Assembly (NCBI GenBank): GCA_951406725.2 | Contig: OX597831.1 | Coordinates: 52,266,001-52,330,000 of the forward strand | Origin: Octopus vulgaris | Lineage: Eukaryota | Reading direction: 5' to 3' | Length of the DNA: 64,000 bases | Shown here: one piece after another, positions 37,046 to 50,517 of the stretch | Layout of the letters: each line of letters starts with the position of its first letter | Numbering within the stretch: position 1 is the first letter of the stretch | Notes under the pieces: model-generated | Databases searched by the model: none | What the model saw: only the letters and a program-made list of their open reading frames with translations | What the model was told of the DNA's origin: nothing | Position numbers and translations under genes: made by a program

Positions 37046-37734
37046 TTTTAGAATTAAAATATTTGTTTAATTCAGAGTGTGTTTTTCCCTTGGTTCGCAA
37101 AAACCAGAAATCCGGAAAAGCTTTGGAAGTAAAGGTTCCAGAACATCAACGTTGTGCCTTTTTTTGTTTATAAAATAAAATTATCTATAAAACTTTAAGA
37201 AGATGTAATTTAAAAGTGGAGTTTCAAAACAAGCCCTTCTCCGTAACTTTATTTTATTTCTATTTTTTTTTATCTTTTCGAAAAATTCTTCAATGTTTTT
37301 TTTAAAAAATATAACTGTAATTACTTTAAACAAGCAATTAAAATTAAAATTATAGATAAAGAAATATAAACTAGGTGTTTGTAAAAATTCGCAATTAGTT
37401 TAAAAAGACAGGCTTTAAATAAAATTAAATCAACCGGAATATATTCCTGTTTAATGATTTTTCTTCAAACGTTTTATGGCCAAACAGTAACAGCAACAAC
37501 AACAACAACAGCAACAACTTGAACAACAACAACAACAACAACAACGATATAAACGAAGGCCAAAACACCTTTGATCATCTGTTTGCTCAATCAGAGTTGA
37601 CCTATAGATAATTATTATTAAGATGAAATTTAAAAAAAAAATAAACAAATAGAATAAATCGTTATTATTAATAAATTATCATCATCATCATCATCACCAT
37701 CATTATCGTCATCGTTATAATCGCCGTCACCACC

Positions 37735-39154
37735 ATGGGTGGTAAGCTGGCAGAAACATTAGAGCTCTTTACGTTCTGAGTTCAAATCCCCGCAGAGGTC
37801 AATGTTTGCCTTTTTTTATCCCCACCCCACCCCCTGCAGGGTTGATAAAATAAAGTAACAGTCAAGTTGGGGGGGGGTCGATGTAAACGACTGGACACCT
37901 CACCACTACCACCACCACCACCACCACCACCACCACTACCACCACTACCACCACCACCACCATTCCGCCATATTGTTTGAAACAAAGTGCTTAACTGGCT
38001 GAATTGTTAAGTGCAGCGGACAAAATGCTTAGCGACATTTCTTCGGTTCTCGTTACGTTCTAGGTTCAAATTCCACCAAGGTCAACTTTGCCTTTCCTCC
38101 TTTCTGTTGTCGATGAAAGGAAGTGCAAATCAAGTACCGGGGTCGATGTAATTGAGTTACACCAGGCCCCTTAAAATTGCAGGCCTTGTGCCAAAATTTT
38201 AAAGATTTGCCGAACAAAATGTTTAGTGGCATTTCTTCCGTCTTTATGTTTTGAGTTCAAATTCTACAGAGGTCGACTTTACCTTTCATCCTTTCGGGGG
38301 TCGATAAATTTAGTACCAGTGAAACACTGGGGTTGATGTAATCCACTAGTCCCATCCCCCACAATTTCAGGCCTTGTGCCTATAATAGAAAGGATTATTG
38401 TTAAGGCGGCGAGTTGGCAGAAACGTTAGCACGCCGGGCGAAATGCTTAGCGGTATTTCGTCTGCCGCTACGTTCTGAGTTCAAATTCTGCCGTGGTCGA
38501 CTTTGCCTTTCATCCTTTCGGGGTCGATTAAATAAGTACCAGTTACGCACTGGTGTCGATGTAATCGACTTAATACCTATGTCTGTCCTTGTTAGTCTCC
38601 TCTGTGTTTAGCCCCTTGTGGGTAATAAAGAAATAGGTATTTCGTCTGCCGCTACGTTCTGAGTTCAAATTCCGCCGAGGTCGACTTTGCCTTTCATCCT
38701 TTCATGGTCGATTAAATAAGTACCAGTTACGCACTGGTGTCGATGGAATCGACTTAATCCGTTTGTCTGTCCTTGTTTGTCTCCTCTGTGTTTAGCCCCT
38801 TGTGGGTAGTAAAGAAATTGGTATTTCGTCCGTCATGACATTCTGAGTTCAAGTTCCGCCGCGGTTGACTTTGCCTTTCATCCTTTCGGGGTCGATAAAT
38901 TAAGTACCAGTTGCGTGCTAGGGTTGATCTAATTGACTGGTCCCCTCCAAATTTTCGGGCCTTGTGCCTAGAGTAGAAAAGAATCACTAGCAGCATTTCT
39001 TCTGGCTCTACGTTTCTGAGTTCAAATTCCGTCTAAATCGACTTCGCCTTTCATCCTTTCGAGATCAATAAAATAAGGACCAGTCATGTAGTGGGGTCGT
39101 GTAATCAACTTTTCTCTCTCCTGAAAAAGAGTTGGCCTTGTTCCAAAAATTGAA

Positions 39155-39155
<1 letters not shown>
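37735..39155 (+). mobile_element. SINE family B cluster including a trimer at 38404-38985
   Basis: About 7 head-to-tail units. Confidence 0.9.
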
Positions 39156-39217
<62 letters not shown>

Positions 39218-39781
39218 GAATGAGAAAGCAGGGTATGCCATCAAAGTGACACTGGGTAAAATATACGAAGCCCTGTATACTCATCATGATAATCCGTCTG
39301 ATAAGGGTACGTTATATACCCAAGTACATGCACCACAACCATATGTGCGCGACATGGTGGTTTCATATCAAGATAAACAGTGCATGACCTTGCAGGTGGG
39401 GCCCAGTTAGAAGTTTCTTCAGGTCAAGTAATCCATTCCGCTCTACAGGTCCCTGAATAAGGGTCGTTTAAGGATGTTGAACGAAGCACCCATGTTTCCA
39501 AAGGTGAATTATCCAAACCCCAAAGAATTCCTCTCAACACATGGCTATGATGCTACCCCACTACTTCTGCTCGTGATCAGAGATGCACATATCATCGCCC
39601 ATTAAAGGGCATGCTCGACTGGTTAAGGTCAAACAACTGACAAGCAAATCTGTGGCATTGAGCAGAATATTTGCTGTAGCTCATCTTTTATACCAAGACA
39701 AAACAAGATACGTGATAACATTTCCAATCAGTTAAGATGAGAAGCCATGAGGGTCACTGCTTGGTATTGCATCAGGGCATT
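39218..39781. mobile_element. Unclassified non-coding repeat X in an (ATT)n array
   Basis: Second, longer copy of 14504-14976. Confidence 0.8.
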
Positions 39782-39786
39782 TATTG

Positions 39787-39848
<62 letters not shown>

Positions 39849-39851
<3 letters not shown>

Positions 39852-40902
39852 TAGTTTTATTTTTATAGCGTGCTTTCACTTCACTACCGAGCGCAGCTCT
39901 GTGTGCCTTGGGTATGTGCTGTGATTTGTTGTGATGCTCTGATGGTTATTGTATGGAAAGTGTTCTGCGTAGGATGTGTGCAGTGCCTAGTAGTGCAATT
40001 TTCTGTATGTTATATGTGTTTGTAAGTCCTGGTGTTTTTGTTATGTATTTGTCTGAATATTTTTTTATCATGCCTAATGCACCTACTATGATAGGAATTG
40101 TTTCTGTTTTCAGGTTCCACATTCTAGTTATCTCTATTTCCAGGTCTTTGTATTTTGAGAGTTTCTCCATTTCTTTTAGAGACACGTTGTCATCTGCCGG
40201 TATTGATACATCAATTAGAAAGCATTTTTTTCTTCATGATCTCTGACAACTATATCTGGTCTGTTGGCCTTAATTTCTCTATCTGTGTGTATCGGCATAT
40301 CCCAGAGTATGGTTGCTTTCTCGTTTTCTGTGACCTTTTCTGGTGTGTGCCTATACCATCTTTTTTCTGTTGTTATTCCATAATGTTGGCATAGCTTCCA
40401 ATGTATGTAGGTTCCAACTCTGTCATGTCTGTGAATATATTCCTTCTTAGCCAGGACTGGGCAGCTAGAGATAATATGATTTATTGTTTCTTGTCCATCT
40501 CCACATATTCTGCAGTTACTTGTAATATTTCTTTTCATTACATGTTTTTGGTAATTTCTGGTGGGGAGGCTTTGGTCTTGTGCTGCAATTAAAAATCCCT
40601 CTGTTTCTGCTTTGAGTCCTGAGCTTCTCAACCATTGCTGGGATTTTTCTTTGTCTATTTCTTTTGCGTTTAGTTTAGTGCAGTATTTACCATGAAGGGG
40701 CTTTTCTTGCCATCGTTTTATCATGGCTCGTTGCTGTTCTATTTTTAGTTTGGATTTCATTTGTTTTATAGCTTTTGTTGTTTCTTCATCATCTTCTTCT
40801 TCTTTGTGTTTATTAGGTGGTATGATTTCTTGTTTGTATTTGTCAGCTTCCTTAAATACTGAGAACAGTTTTTTGTTTTGCTCGTGTTTTGCTGCTATCT
40901 GG

Positions 40903-40903
<1 letters not shown>
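39849..40903 (-). mobile_element. R4/Dong-clade LINE 3' fragment, subfamily 1
   Basis: WQEKPLHGKY...GLKAETEGFLIAAQDQ...CRICG..ETINHIISSC...RHDRV...NRPDIVV; frameshift near 40220; (TAA)n on both sides. Confidence 0.92.
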
Positions 40904-40950
<47 letters not shown>

Positions 40951-41059
40951 GTTATTATTATTATTGTTATTATTATTATTATTATTGTTATTGTTATTGT
41001 TATTGTTATTATTATTGTTATTGTTATTGTTATTATTATTATTATTATTATTATTGTTA

Positions 41060-41100
<41 letters not shown>

Positions 41101-41102
<2 letters not shown>

Positions 41103-41911
41103 GTTTGATTTTTGCTTTACATTTGTACAAGTTGGCTCCAAATCTCAACCAGAGACCTCAGGAGACAACAAGTTGGAAGTTCATGTTGGTGTTATGCCTA
41201 GGGTGCCATATATTTGGTTTTGTATTTAGTGTTGTACTAGTACGAAAATTTTGTTTGTTTTAAAACTTGAGATTACATAGAATGTATTTTGCGTAGGATA
41301 TGAGGAGTTCTCATGAGTACTATCTTTTGAATTTCTGCCATTTTGGGGTTTCCTGGTATCTGAGCTAGGTAGAAATCAGCCCCTTTTGCTATCATTAGTA
41401 GGGCATCTATGACAACAGGTATTGTTTTAGTCTTCAGGTTCCACATTTTGCTGATTTCTATTTCAAGATCTTTATATTTGATCAGTTTTTGGTAGGTCTT
41501 CACATATACGTTTATATCGATTGGGATAGTCATATCAATGAGGAGGCATGTTTTTTGTCTGAAGTCTTTCAATATGATGTCTGACCTATTCACATCTATC
41601 TTTCTGTCAGTTTGAATGGTGAAGTTCCAGAGGAGTGAGATGTGATCATTTTCAAGCACTGGAGGTGGTTTGTGTTCCCACCAGTTTTTATCATGGGGCA
41701 AGTCCAGGCTCTTGCACATTACCCAGTGAATATATTGTGCAGCTCTATCATGCCTATTGAGATACTCTGTAGGCGCAAGAAGACTGCACTTGGAGACAAC
41801 ATGATCAATGGTTTCATTTTGTTGTTGACATACACGACATGTTGGGCTACTGCCGTTCTTTAATATGTTGACCTTGTAGTTCCTTGTAGGTAGGCATTGA
41901 TCTTGAGCTGC
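41101..41911 (-). mobile_element. R4/Dong-clade LINE 3' fragment, subfamily 2
   Basis: WWEHKPPPVLEN...LLWN...TDRKIDVNRSDII...KYKDLEIEISKMW; 3' UTR differs from subfamily 1; (TAA)n on both sides. Confidence 0.9.
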
Positions 41912-42026
<115 letters not shown>

Positions 42027-42046
42027 GTTATTATTATTATTCTTTA

Positions 42047-42250
42047 GGCTACGAGCTGGCAGAATGCTTAAAGGCATTTCGTCCGTCTTTCGTACGTCCT
42101 GAATTCAAATTCCGCCGAGGTCGACATTACCTTTCATCCTTGTGGGGGTCGATAAATTAAGTACCAGTGAAACACTGAGGGTCGATGTTATCAATTCGTC
42201 TTCTCCCGCCAAATTTCAGGCTTTGTGCCTATAGTAAAAAAGGATTATTA
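42047..42250 (+). mobile_element. SINE family B
   Basis: gagctggcagaa...aattccgccgaggtcgac...taagtaccag. Confidence 0.8.
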
Positions 42251-43180
42251 ATTTTGCTGTTCGAAATTGCATGACGTGTCTCGTTCATTCATTCATTCAT
42301 TCATTCATTCATTCATTCATTCATACTCTTTCCCTGATCGTAATGTTTATTTAGTGAATGTCAAACATCTTGCTGTTTATCATTCATTAGTCATTATTGT
42401 ACATTAGAAACACTTGGCTTAAAAAACACATTTTTTTCATACATTTTCCTCACACATTTTTACCCAATATTCTGTTATAAATATACTGTCAATGTCGGTA
42501 GAAGGAAGGAAGCAGATTTTCTTTCACAGGAAGAAAATCTTTTATAATTACACAATTTTTTCTTTCTTTCTTTTTATCTGCTATTTATTTAAATCACGTC
42601 TATTTATTTATTTTTCTTCTTGGAGGCATTTCCTCTGCTTAAATTACTTCGTTCTACTTTTTTATTCACTAACCACCTCATCTTTTGCGATTTTGCCCAC
42701 TTTTGTTAGTACATTGTTTTCTTTCTTTCCTATTAAATATGCTTTGCGTTACTGATCTTCTTTAATTTCGCATATTTTAAGAAATGATATTCCATTTTTT
42801 CCCCTTAAGATATTATTTATGGTAATTCTTAATTCTTTCTTTTGGATTTCATATATTCTAGCTAGATCTCAACTTTTATTAATTTCCTATTGAAAACAAA
42901 ACAAAACAAAAAAAGAAAAGAAAGAAAGAAGATAGCAAGGGAAACTTACCCCATAATTACTCTTTTTCCTTTTACCTTTCTTTTTCATTTCCTTTTTTTT
43001 TTGTTCTTTTTACACTTTTCCATTTTCTCTTTTTTCTTTTCTTTTCCTTTTTTTTTCTTCTTTTTTCTTTCCACAAAAAAAAAAAGTTGTTTTGCTTTCT
43101 GACTTGTTTTGCCTGGTTTTTAACGTCAGATTCTTCATTTTTGCGTTTTTGCGCTACTGGATATTGTTATTACTAATAAA

Positions 43181-43468
43181 AGACGACGACGACGACGACG
43201 ACGACGACAATGATGATAATGATAATGATGATGATGATGATGATGATGATAATGATGATGATGATGATAATGATGATGATGATGATGATGATGATGAAGA
43301 TGATGATGATGGTGGTAGTGGTGGTGGTGGTGGTGATATTGATGATGTTGATGGTGGTGGTGGTGGTGGTGGTGTTGGTGCTGGTGGGTGGCGAGGATTA
43401 TTATTATTGTTGTTGCTGTTGTTGTTCTTCTTATTATTATTGTTACTGTTGTACGAAAATAATAATGA

Positions 43469-43534
<66 letters not shown>

Positions 43535-43600
43535 TACTACTACTACTACTACTACTGCTACCACAACCACCACCTCCATCACCACCACCACCACCTCCAC
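43181..43600. repeat. Compound trinucleotide microsatellite (GAC/GAT/GGT/ATT/ACT/ACC)
   Basis: Read directly. Confidence 0.95.
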
Positions 43601-43739
43601 CCATCAAATGAGTCATTATAAATCGCAGTTGTTGATGTTATACTACAAGTCTTGTTAAGACGCACCAGTCTGAGAGAGACTTAAATTGTAAAGCCGCCCT
43701 CCGCCCACGACGACCACCACACTACAGCACGCACAATCA

Positions 43740-44562
43740 CATACACAACACACATGCATGCATTCTTTGCACATATACATACATAGATATATATATACAT
43801 AATACATAGATATGCACATACATACATACATACATACATACATACATACATACATACATAGAGACATACATGCATACATACATTCATACACACATCCACG
43901 CATGCATATGCACATACATACATACATACATACATACATACATACATAAATACATACATACACACAAACATTCATACATGCATGCATGTGTATGTACATA
44001 CAGACATATAAACATACATGCATATATACATACTTACGTAATGCATACATACATATATGCATACATACATGCATACATATATACGTACATACATGTATAC
44101 ATGCATGCATGCATGCACACATACGTACGCACATACATACGTGTACACATACATACTTATATACATGCATTCATATATACACACACATGCATACATACAT
44201 GCATGTATACATACGTACATACATACACACATATACATACGCACATACATATACACATACATGCATACACATACATACATACATGCATACATACATATAC
44301 ACATACATGCATACACATTCATACATAATTGCATACATACATACATGCATACATACATACATACATACATACATACATACATACATACATACATGCATAC
44401 ATACATATACACATACATGCATACACATACATACATAATTGCATACATACATACATCCATCCATACATACATACATACTTGCATACATACATACATACAT
44501 ACATACATAATTGCATACATACATACATGCATACATACATACATACATACATACATATTGCA

Positions 44563-44593
<31 letters not shown>

Positions 44594-44622
44594 CATACAT
44601 ACATACATACATACATACATAC
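43740..44622. repeat. Degenerate (CATA)n array
   Basis: Read directly. Confidence 0.95.
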
Positions 44623-45049
44623 ACGTTTGAAAACGCCTTTAATCTTTAATACAGATTCACTATTTTGCAACTTTCCGGTACAGCAATGCCGTATAACTAT
44701 TAGCAATAGTACACGGCATTGCTCTCTACCACTTCCATTACAAACACTACACTCCCCTCTCTCTCCCTCTTCCTCTCCCACTTTCTCTCCCACCGCTGCC
44801 AACACTAGAACGACCAACACACGCACACACACACATAAACGCATAGACATAAACGCATAGACATAAAACATACATACGCACACACACACACACACACGAT
44901 TACGGACTCACACACGGTTGTGCACACATTACCCGTATCGACCGGGTTCTTTCTCTCCAAGACTTCAAACAACATTGATTAGCATTTTGAAATCCATTCC
45001 ATTTATGAATGCTGATACATTCACGCACTTATACAACTACAAGAATGTA

Positions 45050-45835
<786 letters not shown>

Positions 45836-46129
45836 TTCCAACACGAAAAATATGTATATATTTGTATAATTGGAGAATGAGCACAGAGAACAAGAGAGGA
45901 AGGAAGAAGTAAAAAAAAAAGAGAGAGAGAAAGAGAGAAACAAGGAAAGAAACAAAGCCAGAAAGAAAAGAAAGAACGAAAGAAAGAGAAGAATGAGAGG
46001 GCTGGTAGTTATTGAGTGATTCAAGTGAGATAGCGAGTGCCAGAAGTAATTTTCGGTCTGTAGATAACTGAAGAATGCAGGATATGGCGAAAAGAGAAAA
46101 TAAAACCCGACTCTAGTTAGCAAACAGTC

Positions 46130-46191
<62 letters not shown>

Positions 46192-46256
46192 ATCTGTGTA
46201 GCAATGTATATATGTATGCGTGTGTGTATATATACATTTATACATACGTACTAATA

Positions 46257-46330
<74 letters not shown>

Positions 46331-46384
46331 CGCATATATGCACACACGCACGCATACACATATACACATACGTACATATATAGT

Positions 46385-46580
46385 TCAAGTTTACAGGAAA
46401 CAAAAGAGGAAGACAGGTAAGGGAACAACAAGCATGTGTATTAGTTTGACGCTCGGGAAGAATAGACAGGTCTTTGACGTTTCGAGCCTATGCTCTTTGA
46501 CAGAAAGGGAAAATAGAGAGAGAACGAAAAAAAAAAAAAAAGAAAAAAAATCGAAACGAGAGAGAAAAAATATGTAGGGC
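46385..46580 (-). mobile_element. PLE-derived terminus with hammerhead-like motif
   Basis: Minus strand ctttctgtcaaagagcataggctcgaaacgtcaaagac plus the shared PLE tail. Confidence 0.65.
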
Positions 46581-46874
46581 TTCACAGTTTAGCATGATGA
46601 AATATATATGTATATAATTAAAATTTAGCACTAAGCTTAAGGACGCACAAGGCATCAACCTGTTTAGAAATAGGAGTCAAAATCCGAAATCTACCACCGA
46701 AATCACTGAAATATGTCAGAGGCAACAGTAGGCGAGCAAACGGTTAAAGAATTAAACAATTAAAAACACAGAGATAACCCTACTCCACCCCAGACACCAA
46801 CACACCCATCCAAACACATATATTTAATATATATATGTACATATACATTCATACACATATATATTCTTTTACTG

Positions 46875-47230
46875 TTTTACTCTTTCACTTGTTTCAGTCA
46901 TTTGACTGTGGCCATGCTGGAGCACTGCCTTTAAGTCGAGAAAATCGACCCCAGGACTTATTCTGTGTAAGCCCAGTACTTATTCTATCGGTCTCTTTTG
47001 CCGAACCGGGGACGTAAACACACCAGCATCGGTTGTCAAGCGATGTTGGGGGACAAACACAGACACACAAACATACACACACACGCATACGCACGCACAC
47101 ACACACACACACATATATACATATATACGACGGGCTTCTTTCAGTTTCCGTCTACCAAATCTACTCACAAGGCTGAAACCGGAACCATGTGGTTCGTAAG
47201 CAAGCTACTTACCACACAGCCATTCCTATA
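46875..47230 (-). mobile_element. SINE family A with internal deletion
   Basis: Reverse-complement copy. Confidence 0.85.
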
Positions 47231-47617
47231 TTTTACACACACACACACATGCACAAATATATATATATTGACAAGGAGCCCAAAGAGTACAAAAAGTATG
47301 AATATGCAACTTCCTAACAGGACAGCTGTTTCATGAAGTTCAGCGTTATGCAATAATCATAAAAATCATAATTTGCAGATGAAATATGCAAAAAAGTCAT
47401 GAGTATGTAACCGATAAGCAGTTGTATAGAGCTTGTACAATAAGTCCAGCATATTTTCTTAATATTTTCTCTATTTTTCGTGCTGCTTGTAAATCTCTCT
47501 CACACACACACTCTCTCTCTTTATATATAATGTGTTTATGAATATAGGCATACACACATATAGTGTGTTTGTGAATATAGGCATATGTGTGTACATATAT
47601 ATTGGTATATATATATA

Positions 47618-48835
47618 CTAGCATTATGACCTGGCGTTGCCGGGTCATAGTGCTAGTTAGGTATAAATTTGTTAAATTAAAAATTTGAGGTAATAAAACA
47701 TACAATGACATATTAAAAAGACGAATTAAAATTCCAGAGAAAAATACATAGAAGATAAATATACAAATTTACAAAAATACATAAAAGTTCGGAGATGCAC
47801 CAATTAATATGAAACATATCATATATTTAAAATTGACACTCCCCTCGTCAGGATGTTTTTTACACACAACACATAGTACACGGAAACAAATGCACAATTA
47901 CATATCTGCTACATGCGAAAGACCAGACATTACGTACTCCCAAAAATTCTCATAGATACTGAATGCTACTTTATAAGTATATAATTCAATCTAGCAGCTA
48001 TAGTAAATGGACTAATTCACTTCTGTACTCAATTGAATTTTTCATTTTTTAATTTCTCCCATTCATGCAAAGCCACATATTCGAGTTCAAGTCCTTGATA
48101 CATTTTATACTAATTGCTATTTTTTCTTTTAATTGTTATATTACGATTTAATTACCATTTTAATAAAATAAAATATATTTAATTACTACTTACTATATTT
48201 ACTATATTTAATTCAATTGTTATTATTACCTCCAACTTTTATTGCAATTTTTATTTCTAAATTTCTTATGGAACGTCGAGTGGATCTTATGCGTACAATA
48301 TATTTTTATATGATGTTTATATATTTATATATTACTATATATTTCTAAACGTCGGGCTTTATGTCTGTTCTGTAGATATAAATGAATATATGAATATATG
48401 TATGTGTTTGATTTTTCTGTGGATTTTGTAGTGCTCTTGTAGTTGCTGCTCGCATTGCCTCCCCTCGGATTAAAAAGTGTATACAGCTCATTTGAGCACT
48501 ACTATTCTAGTCTGTTATATATTTTGAGCGTTGTGGTCACTAACGATCTCAAGATATAACTTCATATTTTGTAATATATATATATACATCCATATTCATA
48601 CAATAGAGAGATGTTTTTGTTTCACTTTTAACACGTAATACTGAAATAGTGGAGAAGATATGATATTGCTGTGGGCTCGCTCTAGGCAAAAACTTAAATA
48701 TTTTTTTTGCCCATGACACTCCATGGACCCTCAGTAATGCATGTGTAAAATTTGAATGAAATTGATTGTGTAGTTCTCAAGTTTTGGGGAAACACACAGA
48801 CAGACAAACACACATTCTCAGTTTTATATATATAT
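47618..48835 (-). mobile_element. Non-autonomous Helitron-like element
   Basis: Minus-strand 5' tatatataaaactgagaatgtgtgtttgtctgtctg; 3' ccggcaacgccaggtcataatgCTAG|T. Confidence 0.65.
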
Positions 48836-48836
48836 A

Positions 48837-49890
48837 CTAGCAGAGATACCTGGCGTTGCCCGGTTACATTTAATTGAAGAATTAGACTTTTCTGTTATAT
48901 TTTCTGAATGAACTGGTATATCTATGTTTCGAATTTCATCAAAATTGCAGATGAGGGTTATTTCCCTCTTTACACACCCTAAAAAAATTGTAATCGTGCC
49001 ACATGAAAACCAAAAGACGAATGATCACAATAAGCAGTCAGTTACCCTACCCTAGTCGTTACCACTCCCAATGTAGGATTTCTCACCATCCAGGTGACAG
49101 GCACAGCCGTTAGAGGCTTTACGAATCTATAGCAATTGGAAGGGCGTGACCCAACTGAAATCAACATTAACAACTGAGTGACGTGAGGGCTTAGGAGAAA
49201 TTAAAGTGTCACCTCTGGAGTTTGCAAATGACCGCTATACTGATACGTAACTGGACAGAATGAATTTAAAATCTATAAATGTCTTTGAATAACCAGTCAC
49301 CCATCTGGGAAGGCCTTGTAATCAATGTTACCATCTGGGGACTATGTGTGACCGAGTGATAATAAAAAGTCTGAAAGGAGGTCTGCAACCAAATAACTTT
49401 ACCCAACACTTTGCAACTGAATCAGTGGAGACAAAGATGCCTCTCATTTACTTAACAATTTATGCAGCACATTGCAGAAATCACCATGTAAGTGTATGTC
49501 AAAGCAAACTGTTACACTGTTGTACCATTGAATTAGAAATAATGCCCAACTTTTATGCTCGTGTAACCCTACAGCTTCCAAGAGCACAACTGTATTCGTT
49601 TTTGCTTAGATAAAATGACAAAATTGTGGGTGTTAAGTCCCCATAGAGAGGTCTTTCTAACTTTGTAAGAAGATGAAATTTTATAAATATTACTTCATTT
49701 GTGTCTAATATATATGGTTAAAATTTCATCAACAGCAAAAATATATGAATTTTCATGGGGGTTATGGCCCTTATGCTTAGAATATAATTTCCAAATTTCA
49801 TAAAGATCCATTCAGTACTTTTGACCTAGTTTTGGATCATAAAAGAAATGACTAAAATTTGGAAGTTAAGACTCCCATTAGGGTGTTTTA
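48837..49890 (-). mobile_element. Second, tandem Helitron-like element (5' end unclear)
   Basis: Minus-strand 3' end ccgggcaacgccaggtatctctgCTAG|T. Confidence 0.5.
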
Positions 49891-49956
<66 letters not shown>

Positions 49957-49959
<3 letters not shown>

Positions 49960-50176
49960 GGTCCCGGGTTGATTCGGGGTTAACCACAGTAAATAAGGTA
50001 CTCAATACATAGTAGAGTAAAATTAATTTATTATATAGAAGGAGCTTCTACAGGACTAGAACTGTTTCATTCAAGAGAAATCTTCAGGAAGCTAGTTAAC
50101 CTGGTTAACTAGCTTCCTGAAGATTTCTCTTGAATGAAACAGTTCTAGTCCTGTAGAAGCTCCTTCTATATAATAA
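49957..50176. mobile_element. Fold-back PLE-like terminus containing a perfect palindrome
   Basis: 74-bp perfect inverted arms, 50028-50176, centred on 50102; (TA)n on both sides. Confidence 0.7.
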
Positions 50177-50179
50177 TAT

Positions 50180-50233
<54 letters not shown>

Positions 50234-50517
50234 GATTTAGATATACACACACACACACACACAAAGATAAATTGATAGATACAACTGAGTGGGCAAACAA
50301 AAATATGAGACACAGCCTAGTGCTTTTTTATGTTGATAAGCCTAGTACTTATTCTATTAGTTTGTTCTGTAAGTCTTGTGGATGTAAATAAATGAACAGC
50401 AGTTGTGAAGCAGTGATGCGGGCGAAACACAGACACAAAGACACACACATGCACTTACATATATACATATATATACGATTGATTTGTTTCAATTCCTGTC
50501 TATGAAATCCATATATA

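Noticed and set aside
40215-41141. 308-aa ORF as a complete gene
   Set aside because: The N-terminus is an (ATA)n microsatellite; the rest is a 5'-truncated, frameshifted Dong ORF
43092-43658. 188-aa ORF with poly-D/G/L/T runs resembling a membrane mucin
   Set aside because: Built from adjacent trinucleotide microsatellites; other frames and the opposite strand are equally open; no splice or homology support
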